A stretch of DNA of 64,000 nucleotides. Origin: Oligoflexales bacterium (GTDB taxonomy: Bacteria; Bdellovibrionota_B; Oligoflexia; Oligoflexales; CAIYRB01). Positions 56,243 through 64,000 of the stretch are shown here, one piece after another. A program made the translations under genes and the position numbers. Position 1 is the stretch's first letter. Every line of letters starts with the position of its first letter. The notes under the pieces are model-generated. The model did no database searches. It saw nothing but the letters and a program-made list of their open reading frames with translations, and had not been told where the DNA came from. The stretch spans positions 1 to 64,000 of the forward strand of contig JBGSUI010000246.1 in the NCBI GenBank assembly GCA_041736175.1, in the 5' to 3' direction.

Positions 56243-58093
56243 CTAGTATGAGTAAAATTTGGGATGGGTTAAGATCACATTGATGATGGTCTGCCATGCG
56301 AGATAGTAAGCTTCGATATCGTTAGGTGGCTTGCCTGACTGGGACTTTGCGTCTTCCCAGAGGGTGTAGAGGTCCAGGAGGCTTTGGCTGCGGTTTTCTA
56401 GTGTTTCTGAAGTTAGTTTAAACCAAAGGGATTTAATTTGGTTAGCGATTTCGTCCGGTGAGGCTTTAAGTGGCAGTCCGGAAGGTAGTTCGTTAAAGAG
56501 TTTTCGATCTTGGGGATTGACCCCGTCTTTGAGTTCTTCTCGGGTGATCCTATAGGAAAATTTGCGAGTTATATCTTCTATAGCTCTTAGGTAGCGTATA
56601 TTGGGCAACATCGTAAGGTCGTTAAAATCACTAAAATCGTTGTAAGTCGGTTCTAAATCCTCCGAAAAAACAAAAGTGTTCGCCTGTGGCAATAACGATT
56701 TTAGGATTGTTTCCCAATGGATTTTTCTTAGGACTCTAAAGCCCGAAACCTCTTGGTTTTCGCGGCTTATCGGAGCAGCGGTTGGTTGCGATTTAGGATC
56801 TTTCGGATCTTTCGTAGCTTTCGGGTCTTTCGGGTCATTGGTATTTTTTGAATCTTTTGGGTCCACTTTAGAAGTGCTTTTATCATCCTGGGTAGCTTGC
56901 TCACTTCCTGGTTGAGGGCTTGATTTTACATTGGTAGGGGCTATATTAAAGTTGCGTGACCGCAGGAGCCACTTAAGAGATTTTCTAAGAATTTGGTCTT
57001 CGTAGACGAGATCGTCAAAACTTAAGGCTGTTGATTGTCTAAGTTGCGAGTTGTAGGGCATCTGTAGGATCAAACTAGAAAGTTTTTCAATTTGGCAGCG
57101 GAAAAAGAGGGAGCTACTCCCCAGTTTTATACCAAACTCTTCCAGACCCGTAAAACTGATAGGGCCAAAAGAACCGGAGGGCACCTGGGCCGGAGCCTTA
57201 TAGGTTTTCCATTCACTCCAGGTTTTTCCATCGGCCAATCCCGCAAAAGCGGGCGCGATTTGCTGAAAGGCGCCATGGCATGCTACGCACGGGGCTTTTT
57301 GTGCGCTGAGTGACGTCAGATCGCCTTGTAACTCAACACTTTCAAGATCGGAAAAAACATGGGTTTTCGATTGACTCATGGAATCGCAGGCGAGCGCACT
57401 TAAAATTTTGTGCACCCGATGTTGGCCCGATGGATCGCCTCGCGTCGGAAATGTCGCCAGAAAACCATTTAAAGGCAAGACCCCAGCTGGAGGGCGCTGG
57501 TCAGGATAGGTGAAGGTTATATAAGGCGAATTTTGCCAGGTTGTCGAACTATTGGTGATATCATAGAGTGTCGCTAGACTGTTATGTATATTAGAAAACT
57601 GAAAAGTCAGAAGATTTCTAAGTGGCTGGTTGTCTTCAAAAAGAACTTTTATGGCAGAAATCGGTTCGTGGCGTATATGAGCTTTGGTGAGTTCGGTCAG
57701 CTCCTTACTAAGATTAGAGTCTTTTTCAATGAGTGCTTCTAAGTCGTTTAAATGAGCATTTTTAATGTTCCAAATGTAGCCAAAATTATCAGCAAATATT
57801 TCGTAGGATAGCTGCTGCTCCAAGAGAAAATCAGTCCAAATATTGATTTTTTCAGGAGCTAAAGACAGCTTTTCTATTTCCAACCCCGACGGGAGCTGGC
57901 CTGTCAGTTCGATTTTTATCCTCCGAATCTGGCGGGGAATTGGCAATCGATCGGTGATTGATGGCGCTGATTCCTTGGGTGGCGATTCTTCGGTTGTGGA
58001 GGAAGATGGTTTTGGCTTTTTGTCGGTTGCTAGTGACAAGCCACAGGAGACTATGAACGTTGATAGTGCGCATAAATAAAAATTAGTATGCAT
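56243..58093 (-). CDS. Secreted haem-motif protein of the type that accompanies DUF1501 genes
   Basis: IVSC lipobox-like sequence; RRIKIELTGQLPS, CVACH, C-terminal ILTHPKFYSY; internal KDPK repeats. Confidence 0.65.
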   Translation of the reverse strand: MHTNFYLCALSTFIVSCGLSLATDKKPKPSSSTTEESPPKESAPSITDRLPIPRQIRRIKIELTGQLPSGLEIEKLSLAPEKINIWTDFLLEQQLSYEIFADNFGYIWNIKNAHLNDLEALIEKDSNLSKELTELTKAHIRHEPISAIKVLFEDNQPLRNLLTFQFSNIHNSLATLYDITNSSTTWQNSPYITFTYPDQRPPAGVLPLNGFLATFPTRGDPSGQHRVHKILSALACDSMSQSKTHVFSDLESVELQGDLTSLSAQKAPCVACHGAFQQIAPAFAGLADGKTWSEWKTYKAPAQVPSGSFGPISFTGLEEFGIKLGSSSLFFRCQIEKLSSLILQMPYNSQLRQSTALSFDDLVYEDQILRKSLKWLLRSRNFNIAPTNVKSSPQPGSEQATQDDKSTSKVDPKDSKNTNDPKDPKATKDPKDPKSQPTAAPISRENQEVSGFRVLRKIHWETILKSLLPQANTFVFSEDLEPTYNDFSDFNDLTMLPNIRYLRAIEDITRKFSYRITREELKDGVNPQDRKLFNELPSGLPLKASPDEIANQIKSLWFKLTSETLENRSQSLLDLYTLWEDAKSQSGKPPNDIEAYYLAWQTIINVILTHPKFYSY

Positions 58094-58179
58094 AGTTGGG
58101 GGTCCTCAGTTCCTATTCGGATTGAGGACTTTTCATTTGATAGGCAAAAAACTTCTAGGCAATCGTAGCGGCGTTCCAT

Positions 58180-58368
58180 CTACCGGTATTGGGGTAACAC
58201 AGAAATCGAGATCCTTGGTGCTTCGGTGTTCTCTATGTTGGTCGACCGAATGCCAGGTGCTTCTGGATGTTGACTCGCATTACAGGAGACCATCGGAAAA
58301 ACTCCTAACGATCCGAGTACAAGAAGTATTTCTTTTAGGGTCACACGGGTTTTAGCGGAATCTTTCAT
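58180..58368 (-). CDS. Small hypothetical lipoprotein (62 aa)
   Basis: GAGGAG RBS; hydrophobic stretch ending MVSC. Confidence 0.5.
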   Translation of the reverse strand: MKDSAKTRVTLKEILLVLGSLGVFPMVSCNASQHPEAPGIRSTNIENTEAPRISISVLPQYR

Positions 58369-58641
58369 TGGGCTTCTCCTCGTTCTATGTTCTATTTGTC
58401 TTTTCGGAAAGAGCTATGGTTTTCTTGAGGGAAAGTCACATATTTCCAGAATGCTGAATTATTTAGACCAGGTGGGCCTGACGAGGAGTCCAAAATAGGG
58501 AGATTTGGGAGCAACATTAGGTTGGGGTAGGTCCATTTCAGCGCGGATTTGTTGCTTGGAAGAGAAGGTTGATTATGCTAATGTCGGCCCGCTTGCAGAA
58601 AAGCCAGCGGCCTTAGCTAACCCACTAAGAGGATTAGAAAA

Positions 58642-59565
58642 ATGGTGGATCAAGCGGACCAGCCTAACCAAAAGCTCCATATCGGGAAACCCCCCTGGCT
58701 CAAGACTCCGATAGGCCGTGGCGAAAACTTTTTTGAAATAAAGCAGGATCTAAGAGAACGAAAGCTTTTTACGGTCTGCGAAGAAGCAAAATGTCCTAAC
58801 ATAGGACAATGTTGGAACGATAGAACCGCGACCTTTATGATTTTAGGAGATACCTGTACGCGAGGGTGTCGGTTTTGCCACATCAAGACAGGCAATCCCA
58901 ATGGCTGGTATGATCCGGAAGAGCCAGACAAAGTGGCCGATTTAGCCAGGTCCTTAAAGTTAAACTATGCTGTGATCACCATGGTTGATCGGGACGATAT
59001 GGACGATGGCGGGGCCGCACATGTGGCGCGGGTGGTGGCGCGGGTTAAGCAGGTTAACCCTGGAATTCGAGTGGAAGTCCTCGCGGGAGATTTCAACAAT
59101 CGGGACCAGTCATTGTTGGCGGTTCTTTCTGCTGAGCCGGAGGTTTTTGCCCACAATGTAGAGACCGTAGAAAGACTGACTCCAAGGGTTCGGGATGCTC
59201 GCGCTGGTTATAGGCAGTCCCTTGAGGTTTTGCAAAAGGTTAAGACACTCAGTTCTGACCGACCGATTTTCACAAAAAGTGCTCTGATGCTAGGCTTGGG
59301 CGAAGACTTAGCGGAAGTTCTTCAGACTCTCGGGGATTTGCGAGAGCACGGGGTGGATTTCTTGACCATAGGTCAGTATTTGAGGCCAACGAAAAAGCAT
59401 TTATCGATCAAGCGTTGGGTGCATCCCGACGAATTTGATGATATTGGCAAACAGGCAAAGGCAATGGGTTTTCTCGGTGTGGTCTCCGGACCTTTGGTCC
59501 GAAGTTCCTACAAAGCAGGTGAGTTTTATGCAAAGGCACTTAAGGATAGCCAACCAAAGGAGTGA
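58642..59565 (+). CDS. lipA: Lipoyl synthase
   Basis: CEEAKCPNIGQC, CTRGCRFC, HNVETV, VRSSY. Confidence 0.97.
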   Translation: MVDQADQPNQKLHIGKPPWLKTPIGRGENFFEIKQDLRERKLFTVCEEAKCPNIGQCWNDRTATFMILGDTCTRGCRFCHIKTGNPNGWYDPEEPDKVADLARSLKLNYAVITMVDRDDMDDGGAAHVARVVARVKQVNPGIRVEVLAGDFNNRDQSLLAVLSAEPEVFAHNVETVERLTPRVRDARAGYRQSLEVLQKVKTLSSDRPIFTKSALMLGLGEDLAEVLQTLGDLREHGVDFLTIGQYLRPTKKHLSIKRWVHPDEFDDIGKQAKAMGFLGVVSGPLVRSSYKAGEFYAKALKDSQPKE

Positions 59566-60485
59566 AGGAGATTTCAGGAATCGAAATGCGGACTGATAAA
59601 CGAGGTGCTTTTGAATGGACTTGTCTGGATCGAGCGTTGGCCTATCTTGTCGAAGGAATTGTAAGGTTAGTTTGTTTTTTTCCAAAGGATGTCATCGAAG
59701 TCACTGGGGTGATTTTGGCCAATGTGGTTTGTGTTTGGGGTGGCAAAAACCGGATGCGAATCTACAAGAACACCCAACTCGTCTATAACCTTCCCGAGCA
59801 AAGCCATTTTGCTAAAATGTTTGTGCGGCAGATCATAGGCCATCAGGTCCATTGTTTCCTAGAGACTGTAAAGTTTATTCTGCAACCCCAAAGCGTCAGA
59901 GTGATCGGTCTACAAGATCTCGAGTCCCAGATCAAAGAGGCCGAAGCACAGGGTTTAGGGCATATCATTGTAACGGGGCATGTGGGCAGTTGGGAAATGG
60001 TGGCCTACTATGGCAACCTGGTTAGCCAAAAGCCTTTCCATGTTCTTGCTAAGCCATCGAGATTTCGTGGTTTCACGTTGTTTTTGGAGCGTCTTAGACT
60101 CAAAATGGGAACGCCAGTCCTCTGGAACCATAAAAAAAATCTGGTCAGAGAAATACTGGGGGCCCTCAGGCGGGGAGAGTCCATTGGCTTTGTGATGGAT
60201 CAGAAACCAGAGGGTCGAAAAGGACCCCTTGTGAGTTTTTTTGAGATGCCTACTGCTTTTGTCGGAGGGCCGGCTTCCATAGCGATTAAAACCCGGTGTG
60301 CGATTATAGGGGTCTTTTGTTTACGGGAGAGTCCTTTTGAATACCGGATCCTTTCCCGAACCCTTGCGCCGGCAGGACACCAGTATCAGGATGAGATCGA
60401 GTTGACCCAAATCATGGCTAGAGAGATCGAAGGCATTATTAAAGCTTATCCAGAACAGTGGCTTTGGAACTATAAACGTTGGTAG
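59562..60485 (+). CDS. Lipid A/lysophospholipid acyltransferase (LpxL/HtrB family)
   Basis: TGHVGSWE, GFVMDQ, YPEQWLWNYKRW. Confidence 0.88.
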   Translation: MKEISGIEMRTDKRGAFEWTCLDRALAYLVEGIVRLVCFFPKDVIEVTGVILANVVCVWGGKNRMRIYKNTQLVYNLPEQSHFAKMFVRQIIGHQVHCFLETVKFILQPQSVRVIGLQDLESQIKEAEAQGLGHIIVTGHVGSWEMVAYYGNLVSQKPFHVLAKPSRFRGFTLFLERLRLKMGTPVLWNHKKNLVREILGALRRGESIGFVMDQKPEGRKGPLVSFFEMPTAFVGGPASIAIKTRCAIIGVFCLRESPFEYRILSRTLAPAGHQYQDEIELTQIMAREIEGIIKAYPEQWLWNYKRW

Positions 60486-60502
60486 TCTGGTATGATAAAC
60501 CT

Positions 60503-61246
60503 ATGGTCGAATCCCGCCAAAAACAAAAAGGTTATATAGAAACTCTCCTAGGGCGCTCCTTGAGGGTTTCGCCCCCAGCTCTCGTTTATTTCTTGGCCAT
60601 CTTGCTGATTATGCTGACCTCTGAGCCTAATTTTAGGTCCATGGTATTAGGCGTTGGCACAGTATTGAGTGGCTTTCTGGTGCAAATCTTTGCTGCGGGG
60701 TATGGCAGAAGGCCCACTGAGATTGTGGGCATCTACCGATGGGTTCGCTATCCCCTGGAACTGGGGAACTTTATGGTCCTGCTGGGAGTGGCCCTCTGTG
60801 GTAAACAGGTGGATATCATCTTGTTGATCTTGTTAGGGTGTGGGATCTATTTTGCCCAGGACTTACGGCATAGGGAATTACAAGAGGGTCTGGCTGCACA
60901 ACCTGAGGCTCTCCGTTACCAGAGGTTGGTGTCAGGGATGATGCCCTCATTATGGCCCGTAGCACAAAGGTTGGTATCTCCCCCATTAGGCCAAGTTCCG
61001 CCTTTTTCTCTAAAGCAGGCTTTTCTTGGGCAAATTCAGCGAAATATAAGACAAATTGACTTCTTTTTAGCCCATATTCTCTTGCTTTGCTGTTTATATA
61101 TAGGATATCGATACGCGGGGATTTTTCCATTTAATGGTTTATTTGCAGGATTACTGTTGGTCTTTGGACTTAGCCGAACTATGTATCTTGCACTGCGCGG
61201 TGACAGGAGGGGTAAACCAAAAATGGGACTTCACGACCAAGCCTAG
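60503..61246 (+). CDS. ICMT/PEMT-like membrane methyltransferase family protein
   Basis: GIYRWVRYPLELGN motif with several TM helices. Start approximate. Confidence 0.65.
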   Translation: MVESRQKQKGYIETLLGRSLRVSPPALVYFLAILLIMLTSEPNFRSMVLGVGTVLSGFLVQIFAAGYGRRPTEIVGIYRWVRYPLELGNFMVLLGVALCGKQVDIILLILLGCGIYFAQDLRHRELQEGLAAQPEALRYQRLVSGMMPSLWPVAQRLVSPPLGQVPPFSLKQAFLGQIQRNIRQIDFFLAHILLLCCLYIGYRYAGIFPFNGLFAGLLLVFGLSRTMYLALRGDRRGKPKMGLHDQA

Positions 61247-61255
61247 GAGATCCTT

Positions 61256-62428
61256 ATGACTTCGATTGGACCCTACCCGGATTTTTTTCAAATCAGTGAT
61301 CTGCTCACTACGGATCAGCATTTGGCTATGGAAAGTGTGAGGAGCTTTGTAAAAAAGGAGGTTGAGCCGGTTATCCGAGATGCCTACCTAAATGAGGTTT
61401 TTCCCGAACATCTCCCGAGAGCCATGGGCGAAATGGGGCTGCTGGGCCCCCACTTAAAGGGTTATGGCCTGCCAGGTCTCGATCCGATTTCCTATGGTCT
61501 TATGATGCAGGAGTTGGAGAGGTGTGATTCCGGTCTCAGGAGTTTTGCATCGGTGCAGGGCGCTCTCGTGATGTACCCTATCTCAGAGTTTGGCAGTGAG
61601 GATCAAAAACAGCACTGGCTTCCAAGGCTCGCGTCAGGCATATCGATCGGCTGTTTTGGCCTCACCGAATCCCATGGTGGATCTGATCCAGGAGCGATGC
61701 TTACCGTAGCCACTAAAAAGGCTGGAGGCTGGCTTTTAAGCGGCAGTAAAACCTGGATCACCAATGGCTCACTTGCTGAGATCGCCGTCGTTTGGGCGCA
61801 GACAGACGAAGGAATTCGGGCTTTTCTAGTACCTACGAAATCCAAAGGTGTTTCCGTTAAGAAGATGACAGGCAAGCTCTCTCTGAGGGCTTCGGTCACC
61901 TCGGAGCTTTTTTTCGATAGCGTCCCATTGGAAAAAGAATCCATACTGCCGGGGGCGTTTGGTCTTAAGGCAGCGCTCAAATGTCTGACCCAAGCCCGAT
62001 ATGGCATATCCTGGGGTGTCCTTGGCGCTGCCGAGGCTTGTTTTGATGAAGCGGTTTCCTATGTCTCCGATCGAAAGACCTTTGGGCGGAGTTTAGGTCA
62101 CAACCAACTCATCCAACGAAAGCTGGCCATCATGCTTTCGAGAATAACCCAAGCCAAGCTCCTTGCCTTTAGACTAGGTCAACTTTCTCAAAGTGGAAAG
62201 ATGCATCATTCGCATGTGAGTATGGCCAAACAAAATAATGTGGAAGTAGCGCTTGAGACCGCCCGAGCCAGTAGAGATATATTAGGTGCCAATGGAATCA
62301 TGATCGAATATGCCTCGATGCGGCATTTATGTAACTTAGAAACCGTCTATACTTACGAGGGGACCAACGACATCCACCTCTTGGTCCTAGGAGCTGAAAT
62401 CACTGGAAAGCCAGCATTTGGAGCCTAA
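61256..62428 (+). CDS. gcdH: Glutaryl-CoA dehydrogenase-like acyl-CoA dehydrogenase
   Basis: ELERCDSGLRS, GCFGLTESHGGSDP, ARYGISWG, TYEGTNDIH. Confidence 0.9.
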   Translation: MTSIGPYPDFFQISDLLTTDQHLAMESVRSFVKKEVEPVIRDAYLNEVFPEHLPRAMGEMGLLGPHLKGYGLPGLDPISYGLMMQELERCDSGLRSFASVQGALVMYPISEFGSEDQKQHWLPRLASGISIGCFGLTESHGGSDPGAMLTVATKKAGGWLLSGSKTWITNGSLAEIAVVWAQTDEGIRAFLVPTKSKGVSVKKMTGKLSLRASVTSELFFDSVPLEKESILPGAFGLKAALKCLTQARYGISWGVLGAAEACFDEAVSYVSDRKTFGRSLGHNQLIQRKLAIMLSRITQAKLLAFRLGQLSQSGKMHHSHVSMAKQNNVEVALETARASRDILGANGIMIEYASMRHLCNLETVYTYEGTNDIHLLVLGAEITGKPAFGA

Positions 62429-62434
62429 GCAACG

Positions 62435-62935
62435 ATGGATATTCATCTGATATTTATCTGGGTGATTTTGGCGGTGAGTTGCAAACGACCCAGTAGGTTT
62501 CAGCCTCTAGAAAACCCGGAGGAGAGGACGCTCGCTTTTCTAGCCTACTCTTCGCCGGAATCGGGTCCGGGGAAAAGTGTCTTGCCCCTTGAGTTTGAGT
62601 TGGACGAAAAAACCGGAAAGCCTCGTCATCGATTGGTCTTAAAGCTCGATTATTTTCCAAATCAAAAATCTTCGCAAGCGGGTCGTCAGATACCTAGCTG
62701 TCTAGAACCACTGAAAAATGACTTTGAAATTGGATTTTTGATATGCCAACGCAAAGCAGGAAGTCGGGTTTTACTCCAGGCAGGGATGGTAGACCAAGTC
62801 TGCTATACAAAGGTCCCTTCTATGCGAGTGGTTGCTCGGGACTCATTGGTTTTACCTGGCTGTAGTCGCGCAGAGGGGTATTTGCACCAGTTTGATCCCC
62901 AGCTGAGGCTCGACTTAGAGGCAAAAGATCTCTGA
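62435..62935 (+). CDS. Hypothetical lipoprotein
   Basis: Short signal ending AVSC. Confidence 0.55.
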   Translation: MDIHLIFIWVILAVSCKRPSRFQPLENPEERTLAFLAYSSPESGPGKSVLPLEFELDEKTGKPRHRLVLKLDYFPNQKSSQAGRQIPSCLEPLKNDFEIGFLICQRKAGSRVLLQAGMVDQVCYTKVPSMRVVARDSLVLPGCSRAEGYLHQFDPQLRLDLEAKDL

Positions 62936-63042
62936 GAGCTAGCGGAAAATGCGTCTTGTGATTTGCATTGTTTTAGGTTTCAATGTCAACAATGAGTCAG
63001 GACATGTGTTCAGTAGCTAAATTAAAAATTTAAAGGAATTTA

Positions 63043-63555
63043 ATGATGAGAAATTTAATGGTTGGAGCCTTTCTGGCGCTGTCGAGCCATTTGGGATTTG
63101 CTGCACAAATCAATCTTAATGATGTAAAGCTTCCTTGGAAAAACGCACCAGTGCCTAATGCAGTCTATGATCTCAGTGAGGAGCCTAATCAAGTTTACGT
63201 GTTTGAAGTGTATAGTATCGGCTGCCATTGGTGCAACGAGAATGCCCCAAAAGTCCAAGAATTAGCTAAAGAATTTGCAAGCAGTGCCAATGTTCAGTTT
63301 ATGGATCTGGGCTTAGATACCCGCGAGTTAGACTATACCCGCTGGATTAAGACCCATGCACCGAGTTATCCTGTCGTCCAAGACCTTGGTAAAAAAGTTT
63401 ACAATGCACTAAGCCAAGCCAATGCAATCCCCCAAACTTTTGTCGTTGATTGCAAGGGTCAGCTTGTAGGCAGTACCATAGGCTTTTGGCAAGATGGTGA
63501 GAAGCAAACGATAAAAAATGCTATCGAAAAGGCTCAACAGACTGTCTGTGACTAG
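63043..63555 (+). CDS. Secreted TlpA/thioredoxin-like protein
   Basis: Signal peptide; CHWC active-site motif; IPQTFVVD cis-Pro loop. Confidence 0.85.
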   Translation: MMRNLMVGAFLALSSHLGFAAQINLNDVKLPWKNAPVPNAVYDLSEEPNQVYVFEVYSIGCHWCNENAPKVQELAKEFASSANVQFMDLGLDTRELDYTRWIKTHAPSYPVVQDLGKKVYNALSQANAIPQTFVVDCKGQLVGSTIGFWQDGEKQTIKNAIEKAQQTVCD

Positions 63556-63587
63556 GTATTTATCCACCTGATATTATAGACTCTATT

Positions 63588-63626
63588 AAACCCCTACCGT
63601 GATTTTAGGTCATCGGTAGGGGTTTT
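63588..63626 (+). terminator. Probable intrinsic terminator
   Basis: AAACCCCTACCG...CGGTAGGGGTTTT inverted repeat after the stop. Confidence 0.65.
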
Positions 63627-63723
63627 ACCTTGAGAATTTCACTCAGGTGAATTTTATTAATCCCGATACTTCATTCTAGGGACGCCTTTTGCCTAATCGC
63701 GTCTTTTGGAAACCTGAGGTAAC

Positions 63724-64000
63724 ATGGGATATCAATTTAAAACCAATTTAGAGAATGCAAATAAGCTGATATTTGTAAAGAAATATCATGAAGCAAAAAG
63801 AATTTTAGATCAGTTACTAAATAAGGATGAGCATAAGAAAAATCTGCTTATCCACCTCCGAAGGATTGAATTGGCAGTGATGCTGAAAGGATTGGAGGCT
63901 TTAAAGCGCGACTATATTGAGGGGTTGAAAGACCCTGAGTCAGCAGAATGTTCCAAGATATGCCTGGCTTTTATTGATCAACACGGGGAATTAATAAATC
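63724..64000 (+). CDS. Hypothetical helical (possibly TPR) protein, 3'-partial
   Basis: GAGGT RBS, ATG at 63724, open to the window end (MGYQFKTNLENANKLIFVKKYHEAKRILDQLL...). Confidence 0.65.
   Translation, partial: MGYQFKTNLENANKLIFVKKYHEAKRILDQLLNKDEHKKNLLIHLRRIELAVMLKGLEALKRDYIEGLKDPESAECSKICLAFIDQHGELIN

Noticed and set aside
56790..56870. 9-bp repeats encoding KDPKDPK
   Set aside because: Low-complexity linker within a coding region.

Overview
A 64-kb bacterial chromosome window. Gene content (MglA-family GTPase, many secreted lipoproteins, trypsin and C25 proteases, a haem/DUF1501 cluster) suggests a Bdellovibrionota/Oligoflexia-like organism; this is inference. Housekeeping blocks (ffs-dnaX, ABC-F, rnhA, nuoCD-E-F-G-I, tesB, an RluA-family synthase, lipA, an LpxL-type acyltransferase, glutaryl-CoA dehydrogenase) alternate with AT-richer islets of orphan secreted lipoproteins. 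Main signals: (1) a seven-blade RCC1 propeller gene whose near-identical 150-bp repeats vary at codon positions 1-2 while position 3 stays fixed, a DGR-like or concerted-evolution pattern; (2) scattered lipoproteins with toxin/effector-like domains (ADP-ribosyltransferase, F-box, methyltransferase, proteases, hydrolase) that share sigma54-type promoters, a 17-bp TGT-N11-ACA-like upstream site and a similar post-Cys leader; (3) an ATP-grasp ligase fused to a histidine/serine decarboxylase; (4) an orphan phage tail-tube protein with an N-terminal hydrophobic segment; (5) an MglA lacking its GTP-hydrolysis residues; (6) two integrase-free cargo cassettes, each bounded by a 101-131 bp duplication of the neighbouring gene. 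No tRNA, rRNA, CRISPR array, transposase, integrase or reverse transcriptase was recognised. All calls come from reading motifs by eye; no database searches were run.
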